The translations under genes and the position numbers were made by a program. Positions 31,855 through 41,035 of a DNA stretch of 64,000 bases are shown piece after piece; position 1 is the stretch's first letter; every line of letters starts with the position of its first letter. Below the pieces are notes generated by a model, which saw nothing but the letters and a program-made list of their open reading frames with translations, made no database searches and was not told where the DNA came from. This DNA is from Pseudomonadales bacterium (GTDB lineage Bacteria; Pseudomonadota; Gammaproteobacteria; Pseudomonadales; UBA5518): the NCBI GenBank assembly GCA_022072145.1, contig JAJVIG010000004.1, forward strand, positions 3,919-67,918. Direction: 5' to 3'.

Positions 31855-32703
31855 ATGAATTTCGAAGGCACCGAGCGCTACGTCGCGACCGCGGACCTGC
31901 AGATCGCGGTCGACGCCGCCGTCACGCTGCAGCGGCCGCTGCTTATCAAGGGCGAGCCGGGAACAGGCAAGACCATGCTCGCCGAGGAGATCGCGCGCGC
32001 ACTCGGCAAACCGTTGCTGCAGTGGCACATCAAGTCCACCACCAAGGCGCAGCAGGGACTGTACGAGTACGACGCCGTGTCGCGCCTGCGCGACTCGCAG
32101 CTCGGCGATCCGCGCGTGCACGACATCGCGAACTACATCCGCCGCGGCAAGCTGTGGGAGGCCTTCGATTCGTCCGAGCAGGCCGTGCTGCTGATCGACG
32201 AGATCGACAAGGCCGACATCGAGTTCCCGAACGACCTGCTGCTCGAACTCGACCGCATGGAGTTCCACGTCTACGAGACCGGGCAGACGGTGCGTGCGCG
32301 CCAGCGGCCGATCGTCGTGATCACCAGCAACAACGAGAAGGAACTGCCGGACGCGTTCCTGCGCCGCTGCTTCTTCCACTTCATCAGCTTCCCCGACCGC
32401 GAGACGATGACGCGCATCGTCGAGGTGCACTACCCCGGCATCAAGCGCCGGCTCGTCGCCGAGGCGCTGGACATCTTCTTCGACGTGCGCAGTGTGCCCG
32501 GACTGAAGAAGAAGCCGTCGACCTCGGAACTGCTCGACTGGCTGAAGCTGCTGCTCGCCGACGACCTGCCGGAGGAGATCCTGAAGAGCCGCGACCCGGC
32601 GCGCGCGATCCCGCCGCTCTACGGCGCGCTGGTCAAGAACGAGCAGGACGTGCACCTGCTCGAGCGGCTGGCCTTCATGCACCGGCGCGAGAACCGCCGC
32701 TAG
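31855..32703 (+). CDS. MoxR-type AAA+ ATPase
   Basis: Walker A GEPGTGKT, Walker B LLIDEIDKA, sensor region ITSNNEKELPDAFLRRCF. 282 aa. Confidence 0.9.
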   Translation: MNFEGTERYVATADLQIAVDAAVTLQRPLLIKGEPGTGKTMLAEEIARALGKPLLQWHIKSTTKAQQGLYEYDAVSRLRDSQLGDPRVHDIANYIRRGKLWEAFDSSEQAVLLIDEIDKADIEFPNDLLLELDRMEFHVYETGQTVRARQRPIVVITSNNEKELPDAFLRRCFFHFISFPDRETMTRIVEVHYPGIKRRLVAEALDIFFDVRSVPGLKKKPSTSELLDWLKLLLADDLPEEILKSRDPARAIPPLYGALVKNEQDVHLLERLAFMHRRENRR

Positions 32704-32717
32704 GCGGGCGGCGCGCG

Positions 32718-33893
32718 ATGCTCGGCGGCTTCTTCACCAGCCTGCGCACCGGCGGCGTGCCGGTCTCGATACGCGAGTATCTGGACCTGCTCGGCGCCCT
32801 GTCGCAGCGCCTCGTGTTCGCCGACACCGACGCGTTCTATTACCTCAGCCGCGCGCTGCTGGTGAAGGACGAGAAGCACTTCGACAAGTTCGACCGCGCG
32901 TTCGGGCTGTATTTCCGCGACCTCGAGACGGTCGACGAGCTGATCGGGGCGTTGATCCCCGACGAGTGGCTGCGCAAGGAATTCCTGAAGACGCTGAGCG
33001 AGGAGGAGAAGGCGAAGATCGAGTCGCTGGGCGGGCTCGAGAAGCTGATCGAGGAGTTCCGCAAGCGCCTCGCCGAGCAGAAGGAGCGCCACCAGGGCGG
33101 CAACAAGTGGATCGGCACCGGCGGCACCTCGCCGTTCGGCGCCCACGGCTACCATCCGGAAGGCATGCGGGTCGGTCCGGAGGGCGGGCAGAAGCGCGCC
33201 GTGAAGGTGTGGGAGAAGCGCGAGTTCCGCAACCTCGACGACACGGTCGAACTCGGCACACGCAACATCAAGCTCGCCTTGCGCCGCCTGCGCAAGTTCG
33301 CGCGCAGCGGTGCGGCCGAGGAGCTCGACATGCCGGACACGATCCGCTCGACCGCGAAGAACGCCGGCATGCTCGATCTGAAACTGGTACCCGAGCGCCA
33401 CAACGCGGTGAAGGTGCTGCTGTTCTTCGACGTCGGCGGTTCGATGGATCCGCACGTGCGCACCTGCGAGCAGCTGTTCTCGGCCGCGCGCGGCGAGTTC
33501 AAGCACATGGAGTACTTCTACTTCCACAACTTCGTCTACGACTTCGTCTGGCGCGACAACGCGCGCCGGCGCAACGAGACGGTGGCCACGCTCGATCTGC
33601 TGCACCGCTACCCGCACGACTACCGCGTGATCTTCGTCGGCGACGCGGCGATGTCGCCCTACGAGATCCTGCAGCCGGGCGGCAGCGTCGAGTACTGGAA
33701 CGAGGAGGCGGGCGAACGCTGGTTCCGGCGCATCGCGCAGAACTGGCCGAAGGTCGTCTGGCTGAATCCGACTCCCGAGGAGCAGTGGGAGTTCACGCAG
33801 TCGATCGACATCACGCGCCAGCTGCTCGAGGACCGCATGTATCCGATGACGCTGAAGGGGCTCGAGGACGCGATGGCGTACCTGGGGCGCTGA
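32718..33893 (+). CDS. VWA (von Willebrand A) domain protein, CoxE-like partner of the MoxR ATPase
   Basis: 391 codons from ATG 32718 within track ORF 32022..33893. MIDAS-like LLFFDVGGSMD. Lies 15 nt downstream of the ATPase gene. Confidence 0.85.
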   Translation: MLGGFFTSLRTGGVPVSIREYLDLLGALSQRLVFADTDAFYYLSRALLVKDEKHFDKFDRAFGLYFRDLETVDELIGALIPDEWLRKEFLKTLSEEEKAKIESLGGLEKLIEEFRKRLAEQKERHQGGNKWIGTGGTSPFGAHGYHPEGMRVGPEGGQKRAVKVWEKREFRNLDDTVELGTRNIKLALRRLRKFARSGAAEELDMPDTIRSTAKNAGMLDLKLVPERHNAVKVLLFFDVGGSMDPHVRTCEQLFSAARGEFKHMEYFYFHNFVYDFVWRDNARRRNETVATLDLLHRYPHDYRVIFVGDAAMSPYEILQPGGSVEYWNEEAGERWFRRIAQNWPKVVWLNPTPEEQWEFTQSIDITRQLLEDRMYPMTLKGLEDAMAYLGR

Positions 33894-33902
33894 GAACGCG
33901 CT

Positions 33903-34697
33903 TCAGCCGCGAAGCCGCGCGCGGAACGCCACCAGCGCGGCGGTCACCGCGACGTTGAGCGACTCCACGCCGTTGGCCATCGGGATCGCGTACGCCTCGT
34001 CGGCGAGTGCACGCACGGCGCTGCCCACCCCGCTGGTCTCCCCGCCCAGCACGAACACGCGCGCCGCCTCGTCGAGCGGATCGAACAGGCTGCGCGACGC
34101 GCCGGCGTCGAGTACGCAGACCCGCCAGCCGCAGCCGCGCAGTCCGGTGAGCGCCTCCGCCAACGCATCGCAGCGCAGCAGCGGCGCACGGAACACGGTC
34201 CCGGCGCTGGCCTTGATGGTCAGTGGACAGATGTCGCAGCCGCCCTGGCGCGGCAGCACGATGCCCTCGCAGCCGGCGGCGGTCGCCGAGCGGATCAGCA
34301 TGCCGAGGTTCTGCGGGTTGCCGATGCCGTCGAGCGCGAGCAGCGTGGCGCCGGGGCGGGGGGCGAGCGGCAGCAGGTCGGCGAGCTGGCGATAACCGGG
34401 CAACTGCAGGTCGGCGGCCACGCCCTGGTCCTCGCGCGCGTGGCGCGAGATGCGCGCGAGTTCCTCGCGCCCGTGGTGGCGGATCTCGGCGCCCTGGGCG
34501 CTGGCGAGCGCCACGATCTCGTCGAGGACCGCGGCCGGGCGGTTGCTGCGCGCGAGGTGCAGGCGTTCGCAACGTACTCCGGTGCACTGCAGCGCCTCGA
34601 GCACGGTCTTGCGTCCGTAGACGGTCAGGGCGCGGCCGAAGCGCGACTTGCGCTGCCGGTAGCGGTCACTGTCTGGAGGTGCGGTGTCGGAAGGCAT
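33903..34697 (-). CDS. SpoU/TrmH-family RNA 2'-O-methyltransferase
   Basis: NPQNLGMLIRSA, FVLGGETSGV, IPMANGVESLNVAVTAAL (SPOUT motifs). Start placed at ATG 34695-34697 (MPSDTAPP...). Confidence 0.85.
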   Translation of the reverse strand: MPSDTAPPDSDRYRQRKSRFGRALTVYGRKTVLEALQCTGVRCERLHLARSNRPAAVLDEIVALASAQGAEIRHHGREELARISRHAREDQGVAADLQLPGYRQLADLLPLAPRPGATLLALDGIGNPQNLGMLIRSATAAGCEGIVLPRQGGCDICPLTIKASAGTVFRAPLLRCDALAEALTGLRGCGWRVCVLDAGASRSLFDPLDEAARVFVLGGETSGVGSAVRALADEAYAIPMANGVESLNVAVTAALVAFRARLRG

Positions 34698-34741
34698 CGG
34701 GACGTACAGAGGCCTGCCTTGCGCGGCGGCCACTCGCTGGC

Positions 34742-34942
34742 TTACTGCGGGCGCTGCGACTGCGTCTGCGCGCGCACGCGCGCGACGTAGCGCTCGGCGC
34801 CCAGGTTCGCTTCCAGCCGGTTCGGGAACGGACCTTCCTGGGTCTTCTCGCGGGTCACGAAATACCACTGGCCGTTGATCTGGCAGAAGCGATCCGAGCG
34901 GAAATGGAACGGGGATGTTTCGCCTGCCCGGCAGTAGTCCAT
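34742..34942 (-). CDS. Small hypothetical protein (about 66 aa)
   Basis: ORF ...FRSDRFCQINGQWYFVTREKTQEGPFPNRLEA... just upstream of and co-oriented with the methyltransferase. The track start at 34975 is a TTG; I prefer ATG 34940-34942. I only half recognise the motif; it may belong to a small DUF family. Confidence 0.4.
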   Translation of the reverse strand: MDYCRAGETSPFHFRSDRFCQINGQWYFVTREKTQEGPFPNRLEANLGAERYVARVRAQTQSQRPQ

Positions 34943-35202
34943 CACGATCTTGACGCCTGCGTCGCTATGGTTCAATTAAAGCAAAAGATGTACCGCGCTG
35001 CAAAACAGTCATGGAATCAGACGGTTTTCCGGCCGGATCGTCAATCCTTACCGGTGATCTGTAAAGAAAATCGACAAATCCTGCTGCCGGGCGGGGAGTA
35101 ACGGCTCCGGGCTTCGAGGTGCGCCTTGCGAGCGCCGGCCTTGTGCCGGAACCGGTGCGCTGTGGACAATGTCGGCCGCCGCGGCCGGACACACGGGTAG
35201 CG

Positions 35203-36027
35203 ATGATCCACAAACTGCTGCACCCCCACCACACGTTCACCGCGTTCAAGTATGGGGTCTACGGTGCGCTCGCGCTGAACGTCTGGCTGTTCTTCCGCGA
35301 GGACTGGCAAGCCGCCGTCGTCATGCTCGATACGGCGGCGCCGTGGGCGCGCTTGATCGAGGTGTTCGCGCAGACCATCGACACCTTCGCGTGGATGGTG
35401 CTGCTGGCGCTGTTCGAGCTCGAGACCTCGGTGCTGCCGGATGCCACCTTGCGGCACCCGCGCGTGAAGTGGACGCTGCACGGGGTGCGCGCGCTGTGCG
35501 CCCTCGTGATCCTGAATTCGCTGGCCGGTTACGCCGGCAAGTACCTGGGCTACCTGGAGGCCGAGCGCCTCACCCTCGAGGTCTGTTCGCTCGCCGGTGA
35601 CGGCTGGTTCCGCCTCGACGCGCTCGACGAGTTCAGCCCGCTCGACGCGGGCAACTGCGCCACGCTGGCCGGCGAGGAGGTGTTCCGGCTGCACGGAGGG
35701 CAGGTGGTGAGCTCGCTGGCGGTGCTCGCCGAGGCGCGCTGGTTCGCGTTGCTCGACGCGGTCAACGCCGCGGCCTGGATCCTGGTCGTGCTGGTGCTGG
35801 AGGTCGACGTGCGGCTGCAGTTGCGCGGCGCGTTGCGCGGCACGCTGTGGTGGACCAGCGGTGCGTGCAAGCTGCTGCTGTACACGGTGCTGCTGCTCGC
35901 GGTCGTGTTGTGGGCGTGGGACGGCGATTTGCTCGATTTCTGGGATGCGCTGCTGTGGCTGCTGGCGTTCGTGTTCATCGAGATGAACGTGTTCCAGTGG
36001 CGCCGGGAGAGCGTGCGCGCGGTCTAG
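35203..36027 (+). CDS. Hypothetical polytopic membrane protein
   Basis: 274 codons from ATG 35203 with several hydrophobic helices (VYGALALNVWLFF, AWMVLLALFELE, AAWILVVLVLEV, LLLYTVLLLAVVLWAW). No family recognised. Confidence 0.55.
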   Translation: MIHKLLHPHHTFTAFKYGVYGALALNVWLFFREDWQAAVVMLDTAAPWARLIEVFAQTIDTFAWMVLLALFELETSVLPDATLRHPRVKWTLHGVRALCALVILNSLAGYAGKYLGYLEAERLTLEVCSLAGDGWFRLDALDEFSPLDAGNCATLAGEEVFRLHGGQVVSSLAVLAEARWFALLDAVNAAAWILVVLVLEVDVRLQLRGALRGTLWWTSGACKLLLYTVLLLAVVLWAWDGDLLDFWDALLWLLAFVFIEMNVFQWRRESVRAV

Positions 36028-36968
36028 GATTCCGTTCGGTGAGCGCGCCAGCCGGGAGTCGCCTCGAGCCCCTCGGCGAGTTGCACGCGCGGTTCCCAAC
36101 CCAGCGCGGCGCCGATGGCGCGGTTGTCGCAACTCCAGTCCGGGTGGCGCAGCTCGCGCAGCTTGTGCGGCGTCAGCATCGGCGCGTGGCCGGTCCACGC
36201 GGCGAGCGCGGCGTTGGCGTGCGCGAGCAGGTCGAGCGGCCGGCGCGGGATCTCCCACACCCGCACCGCGCGCCCGCAGACGTCGGCGGTGATCGCGCAG
36301 AGCGCAGCCCAGTCGTAGCCGCCGTCGCGGCCGTCGTGCAGGCTCCATGTCGACAGGCCCGTCGCAGGCGTGGTGCACCACCGGCACGCGGCCTGCGCCA
36401 GATCGTCCACGAACAGCAGCGAGAGCCGGTCCGTGGCACGGCCGGCGCAGGGTGCCAGCCCGGTGCGCGCCATGAAGCGGAACACCGGCAGCATCTCGCG
36501 ATCCCCGGGGCCGTACACGGCCGGCGGGCGCAGCAGCGTGACCGCGCGCTTGCCGCGGTGTTCCTCGAGCAGGCGCTCGGCGGCACGCTTGCTCGCGGCG
36601 TAGTGCGAGAGCTGCGGCTCGCGCGCGGCGAGCGAGGAGAAGTGCAGCAGCGGCGCCGCCGGTGCCGCCGCGTCCAGCGCCGCCAGCAGCCGCGCCGTAC
36701 CGTCGACGTTCACCGCGTCGAAGTCCGCGCGCGTGATGCCGCGCACGGCACCGGCGATGTGGATCACGGCGTCCGCCCCGGCAACCAGTTCGCGCAGCGC
36801 CTGCGCCGACCCGAGGTCGCCGCCGACGATCGCGATGTGTGGGTCGCCCGTGCGCCGGGCGACGGCCGGATCGCGCGCCAGCACGCGCAGGCGCACTCCC
36901 GAGGAGCGCAGCAGGGAACAGACGCGGCGGCCGATGAAGCCGGTGGCTCCGGTGACCGCGACCAGCAT
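36024..36968 (-). CDS. NAD(P)-dependent epimerase/dehydratase-family SDR (candidate ceramide-pathway reductase)
   Basis: 314 codons from ATG 36966-36968. Rossmann motif VTGATGFIGRRV and YAASK catalytic dyad. Lies 26 nt downstream of the acyl-AMP ligase gene on the same strand. Confidence 0.85.
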   Translation of the reverse strand: MLVAVTGATGFIGRRVCSLLRSSGVRLRVLARDPAVARRTGDPHIAIVGGDLGSAQALRELVAGADAVIHIAGAVRGITRADFDAVNVDGTARLLAALDAAAPAAPLLHFSSLAAREPQLSHYAASKRAAERLLEEHRGKRAVTLLRPPAVYGPGDREMLPVFRFMARTGLAPCAGRATDRLSLLFVDDLAQAACRWCTTPATGLSTWSLHDGRDGGYDWAALCAITADVCGRAVRVWEIPRRPLDLLAHANAALAAWTGHAPMLTPHKLRELRHPDWSCDNRAIGAALGWEPRVQLAEGLEATPGWRAHRTES

Positions 36969-36994
36969 TCGAGCGTGCGGCAGCCGGGGAGGGG

Positions 36995-38797
36995 TCAGGC
37001 CGAGGCCTGGCGCAGTTGCGTGCCGGCGGCCACCGCGGCGATTTCGTCGAGGTCGTGGGTGTCGATGAAGTTCTGGCGTGCCTTCGAGCGCGAGAGCTTG
37101 CCCGAAGACGTGCGGGGCAGCGTGTGCGGCGGCACCAGCTCGACGTAGCAGTCGATGCCCATCTCGACGCGCACCAGGCGCGTCAGGCGCTCGATCAGCG
37201 CCGCGCGACGCACCGCGTTGGTCTCGCGGCACTGCACCACCAGCACGCAGACCTCGGCGTCGTCGGGGCCAGACACCGAGAACGCGAGCGCATCGCCGAC
37301 CCGCGTCTCGTCCTGGTGCTCGGCCAGGTACTCGAGATCCTGCGGCCAGATGTTGCGGCCGTTGATGATGATCAGGTCCTTCTTGCGGCCGGTGATCACG
37401 ATCTCGCCGTCGATGGTGTAGCCGATGTCGCCGGTGTCGAGCCAGCCGGCGGCGTCGAGCACCGCCCCGCTGTCGTCCTGCGGCCGGAAGTAGCCGGACA
37501 TCACGCTGGGGCCGCGCAGGAAAATGGTGCCGGTGCGGCGTTCGGGCAGCACGGCGCCGTCGTCGCCACGGATTTCCGTCGCGTAGCCGGGCAGCGGGGT
37601 GCCGCAGACGACGAAATCGCGCGCCCGCACCGTGGCGTCGTCGCGCGCCACGACACGTGCCTCGCCGTGGTCGGCCAGATGGTCGAGGTCGATGCGGTCG
37701 GTGGCGTAGCCGCTCGCCAGCGGAGCGAAACTCACCGCCAGCGAACATTCGGCCATGCCGTAGCAGGCAAGGAACGCGCGCGCGTCGAAACCTGCCGGGG
37801 CGAGCACCTCGGCGAAGCGGTCGAGCGTCTCGGGACGGATCATCTCGGCGCCGATGCCGGCCACGCGCCAGTGGCTCAGGTCGAAACGGGCGGCCTCGCC
37901 CTCGCGCAGGCGCCGCGCGCAGAGCTCGTAGCCGAACGAGGGGCTGAACGAGATCGTCGCCTGCGTCTGCGACATCAGGCTCAGCCACTGGCGCGGACGC
38001 ATCGCGAAGTCGCGCGTGTCCATGTAGTCGACCGGGATCTGCGCCGCGACCGGGACCAGCACCAGGCCGACCAGCCCCATGTCGTGGTAGAACGGCAGCC
38101 ACGAGAAGCAGCGGTCGGCCGGCGTGATCGCCACGCCGTGCGTGATGATGCCGGCGAGGTTGTCCATCACCGAGCGGTGGCGGATGATCACGCCGCGCGG
38201 GAAGCGCGTGCTGCCGGAGGTGTACTGCAGGTACGAGACGTCGTCGGCGCCGATCGCGGGCAACTCGCGCGGGTCTTCGGCCAGCGCATCGAATTCCTCC
38301 GGTTCGCCGATCATGCGCAGCGCCAGCCCCTCGGTGGCCTCGACCACGAACGGGATGAACGCCTCCGAGGCGATCGCCACAGCCGCGCCGCAGGCGTCGA
38401 TCAGGCCGCGCAGTTGCGCCACGTAGCTCTGGTGGCCGCCGAGGTTGATCGTCGCCGGCAGCGCGACCGGGATCAGCCCGGCGTACTGGCAGGCGAAGAA
38501 TACGCGCAGGAAATCGGGGCCGGTCTCGGCGACGATCGCGACCCGGTCACCCTTTTCCAGGCCGAGGCCGCTGAAGCGTCGCGCCAGTGCGATCGCCTGC
38601 ACCCTCAGTTCTGCATAGGGAAGCGTCGCGTAGAGTTCGCCGCGGCTGCTGTAGAAGTTCGCACCGTTCGCCCCGAGCGCCGCATAGTCCAGCGCCTCGG
38701 TGAGCGTCTGGAAGTCGGCGGCCCGGAACGGAAGGGAATGACTGGTCGGTGTCGATTCGGTCTGCAAAACGCTACCTTCGCCGTTGTTGTTCGTCAT
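36995..38797 (-). CDS. Fatty acyl-AMP ligase / acyl-ACP synthetase-type adenylating enzyme
   Basis: 600 codons from ATG 38795-38797. Adenylation motifs LQYTSGSTRFPRGV, YGMAECS, TGDIGY, SSGKLSR. The architecture is typical of FAALs. Confidence 0.9.
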   Translation of the reverse strand: MTNNNGEGSVLQTESTPTSHSLPFRAADFQTLTEALDYAALGANGANFYSSRGELYATLPYAELRVQAIALARRFSGLGLEKGDRVAIVAETGPDFLRVFFACQYAGLIPVALPATINLGGHQSYVAQLRGLIDACGAAVAIASEAFIPFVVEATEGLALRMIGEPEEFDALAEDPRELPAIGADDVSYLQYTSGSTRFPRGVIIRHRSVMDNLAGIITHGVAITPADRCFSWLPFYHDMGLVGLVLVPVAAQIPVDYMDTRDFAMRPRQWLSLMSQTQATISFSPSFGYELCARRLREGEAARFDLSHWRVAGIGAEMIRPETLDRFAEVLAPAGFDARAFLACYGMAECSLAVSFAPLASGYATDRIDLDHLADHGEARVVARDDATVRARDFVVCGTPLPGYATEIRGDDGAVLPERRTGTIFLRGPSVMSGYFRPQDDSGAVLDAAGWLDTGDIGYTIDGEIVITGRKKDLIIINGRNIWPQDLEYLAEHQDETRVGDALAFSVSGPDDAEVCVLVVQCRETNAVRRAALIERLTRLVRVEMGIDCYVELVPPHTLPRTSSGKLSRSKARQNFIDTHDLDEIAAVAAGTQLRQASA

Positions 38798-39055
38798 CGC
38801 GACGGCTGCCTCCAATCCCGTGTGAGCCGGGTGCCGACCTTGCGCCACTGCCCGGTCCCGTGCGCACCACGCACTCGCCGAGCCGGCAGGGAGCCGTTGA
38901 CCACTCACGTATTTTCGTTTGGATGGCCGCCAAATCAACCTGCACCGAGTGGTACTATTTGGCCGCGGAAGCCGCATTTTTGCGCTTTGAGACAGTCGCT
39001 AATCGGCGGATTTGAAACGAGAATCCATTCGCATCGAAGGACCGGGCGACACCCC

Positions 39056-40192
39056 ATGGCGAGCCACGCAGCAGTCGAGATCGTCGCGGCCGACAGCGCC
39101 GCGCGCCGGCGCGTCTTCCTGCAGTTGCCGCACCGGCTCTACGCGCAGGATCCGCAGTGGGTCGCGCCGCTCGAGTTCGAACTGCGCCAGCGCCTGTGGG
39201 GCGGCAATCCGTACCTGCAGCACGCCAGCGTGCAGGCCTGGGTGGCGTTGCGCGAGGGGCGTCCGGTGGGGCGGATCAGCGCGCAGTTCGACCGCCTGCA
39301 GCAGCAATACCACGACGACATGGCCGGCTCCTTCGGCCTGTTCGAGGCGGAGGACGACCCGCGCGTCGCCGAGGCGCTGCTCGAGGCGGCCGCCGCGTGG
39401 CTGCGCGGGCACGGGGCGCGGTGCCTGCGCGGCCCCCTGAACCTGTCGCTCAACGAGGAGTGCGGGCTGCTGGTCGCGGGCTTCGATACGCCGCCGTCGA
39501 TCATGATGGGGCACGGCCGGCCGTACTACGACGCGCTGCTCGCCGGTTGCGGGCTGCGCGGGGTGCGCGACCTGCTCGCCTACCGCGTGGCACCGGACTT
39601 CGCCGCGCCGCGCGTGATGCAGCGGCTCGCCGGTTCGCTCGCCGGACAGGTGCGCGTGCGCCCGTTGAGTCGCGCGCACAAGGCACGCGACCTCGGGATC
39701 CTGCGCGAGGTGTTCAACGACGCGTGGTCGCAGAACTACGGCTTCGTGCCGTTCACGGTCGAGGAGTTCGACGAGGTCGGCCGGTTGATGATGCTGCTGC
39801 TGCCCGAGGACTACGTGCAGATCGCCGAGGTCGACGGCGAACCCGCGGCATTCATCGTCGCCATGCCGAACATCCACGAGATCACCGCGAAGTTGCACGG
39901 GCGGCTGCTGCCGTTCGGCTGGCTGCGGCTGCTGTGGGGCGTGAAGGTGCGCCACCCGAAGAGCGCGCGCGTGCCGCTGATGGGCGTGCGCCGCCGCTAC
40001 CAGCACTCGCGCCTCGGTCCCGGGCTCGCGTTCATGGTGATCGATGCCGTGCGCAAGGGGCTGTGCGCGCGCGGCGTGCGCGCAGTGGAACTGTCGTGGA
40101 TCCTCGAGGACAACGCGGGGATGCGCGGCATCATCGAGGCGATCGGCGGCACGGTCTACAAGCGGTACCGCCTCTACGAGAAGGCGCTCTAG
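39056..40192 (+). CDS. Large GNAT-fold N-acyltransferase (candidate bacterial ceramide synthase)
   Basis: 378 codons from ATG 39056, the tail of track ORF 37016..40192. C-terminal GNAT-like core (VRRRYQHSRLGPGLAF...VELSWILEDNAGM). Divergent from the FAAL gene. Confidence 0.7.
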   Translation: MASHAAVEIVAADSAARRRVFLQLPHRLYAQDPQWVAPLEFELRQRLWGGNPYLQHASVQAWVALREGRPVGRISAQFDRLQQQYHDDMAGSFGLFEAEDDPRVAEALLEAAAAWLRGHGARCLRGPLNLSLNEECGLLVAGFDTPPSIMMGHGRPYYDALLAGCGLRGVRDLLAYRVAPDFAAPRVMQRLAGSLAGQVRVRPLSRAHKARDLGILREVFNDAWSQNYGFVPFTVEEFDEVGRLMMLLLPEDYVQIAEVDGEPAAFIVAMPNIHEITAKLHGRLLPFGWLRLLWGVKVRHPKSARVPLMGVRRRYQHSRLGPGLAFMVIDAVRKGLCARGVRAVELSWILEDNAGMRGIIEAIGGTVYKRYRLYEKAL

Positions 40193-40195
40193 ACG

Positions 40196-41011
40196 ATGTC
40201 CGACCGCTCCGCCGCCCCGTCGTTCGCCGCCATCGTGCTCGCCGGCGACCGCTCCGCCGCCGACCCGCTGGTCGCGGCGTCCGGACGCGGCGCCAAAGCG
40301 CTGCTGGCGATCGACGGCACGCCGATGCTGCTGCGCGTGCTGGACGCACTGGCGCGTTCACGCAGCGTGGGCGCGGTCACGCTGAGCGGTCCGGCGCACG
40401 AGGCGGTCGCCGCCGACGCGCTGCTGCAGCGCCGGCTCGCCGATGGCGCACTCGCATGGGTGCCCGCACAGGCCACGCCGAGCACCAGCGCCGCGCAGGC
40501 GCTGGCCGGCATCGACGCGCGCACACCGGTGCTGCTGACCACCGCGGATCATCCGCTGCTCGCGCCGGCGATGGTCGAGCATTTCTGTGCCGCCGCGCTG
40601 GCGAGCGGCGCCGACGTCGCGGTGGGACTCGCGCCGTATGCGCTGGTGTGCGCGAACTTCCCGACCATGCGCAAGACCGTGCTGCGATTCAGCGACGACG
40701 CGTACTGCGGCTGCAACCTGTTCGCGTTCCTCACGCCGGCCGGGCGCCGCATGGCGGATCTGTGGCGGGCGGTGGAGGCCGAGCGCAAGTCGCCGCTGAA
40801 GGTGATGCGGATGCTCGGCTGGACGTCGGTGCTGCGCTACCGGATGGGGTGGTTGTCGCTGGACGGTGCCGCGCAGGCGCTGTCGCGGCGCACCGGGATC
40901 GCGATCGCAGCGGTCACGCTGCCGTTCGGCGATGCCGCGGTCGACGTCGATTCGCCCGCGGACTTCACGCTGGTCGAACAACGCCTGCGCGCGCTGCGCG
41001 GCGCCGCCTGA
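40196..41011 (+). CDS. MobA-like NTP-transferase domain protein
   Basis: 271-aa ORF with N-terminal AAIVLAGDRS...KALLAIDGTPMLLRVLDAL, typical of GT-A/MobA-like nucleotidyltransferases. Lies 3 nt after the GNAT gene. Confidence 0.65.
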   Translation: MSDRSAAPSFAAIVLAGDRSAADPLVAASGRGAKALLAIDGTPMLLRVLDALARSRSVGAVTLSGPAHEAVAADALLQRRLADGALAWVPAQATPSTSAAQALAGIDARTPVLLTTADHPLLAPAMVEHFCAAALASGADVAVGLAPYALVCANFPTMRKTVLRFSDDAYCGCNLFAFLTPAGRRMADLWRAVEAERKSPLKVMRMLGWTSVLRYRMGWLSLDGAAQALSRRTGIAIAAVTLPFGDAAVDVDSPADFTLVEQRLRALRGAA

Positions 41012-41035
41012 GCGAGCGGCGCCGGGCTCCGGCGC

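Noticed and set aside
36024-38102. 692-aa minus-strand ORF fusing the SDR with upstream sequence
   Set aside because: Upstream of ATG 36966-36968 this frame overlaps the FAAL gene, which is read in another frame (36995-38797) and has clear adenylation motifs. Only the 314-codon SDR is retained.
37016-40192. 1058-aa plus-strand ORF
   Set aside because: The first two thirds are antisense to the acyl-AMP ligase gene. Only the 378 codons from ATG 39056 (the GNAT protein) look coding.
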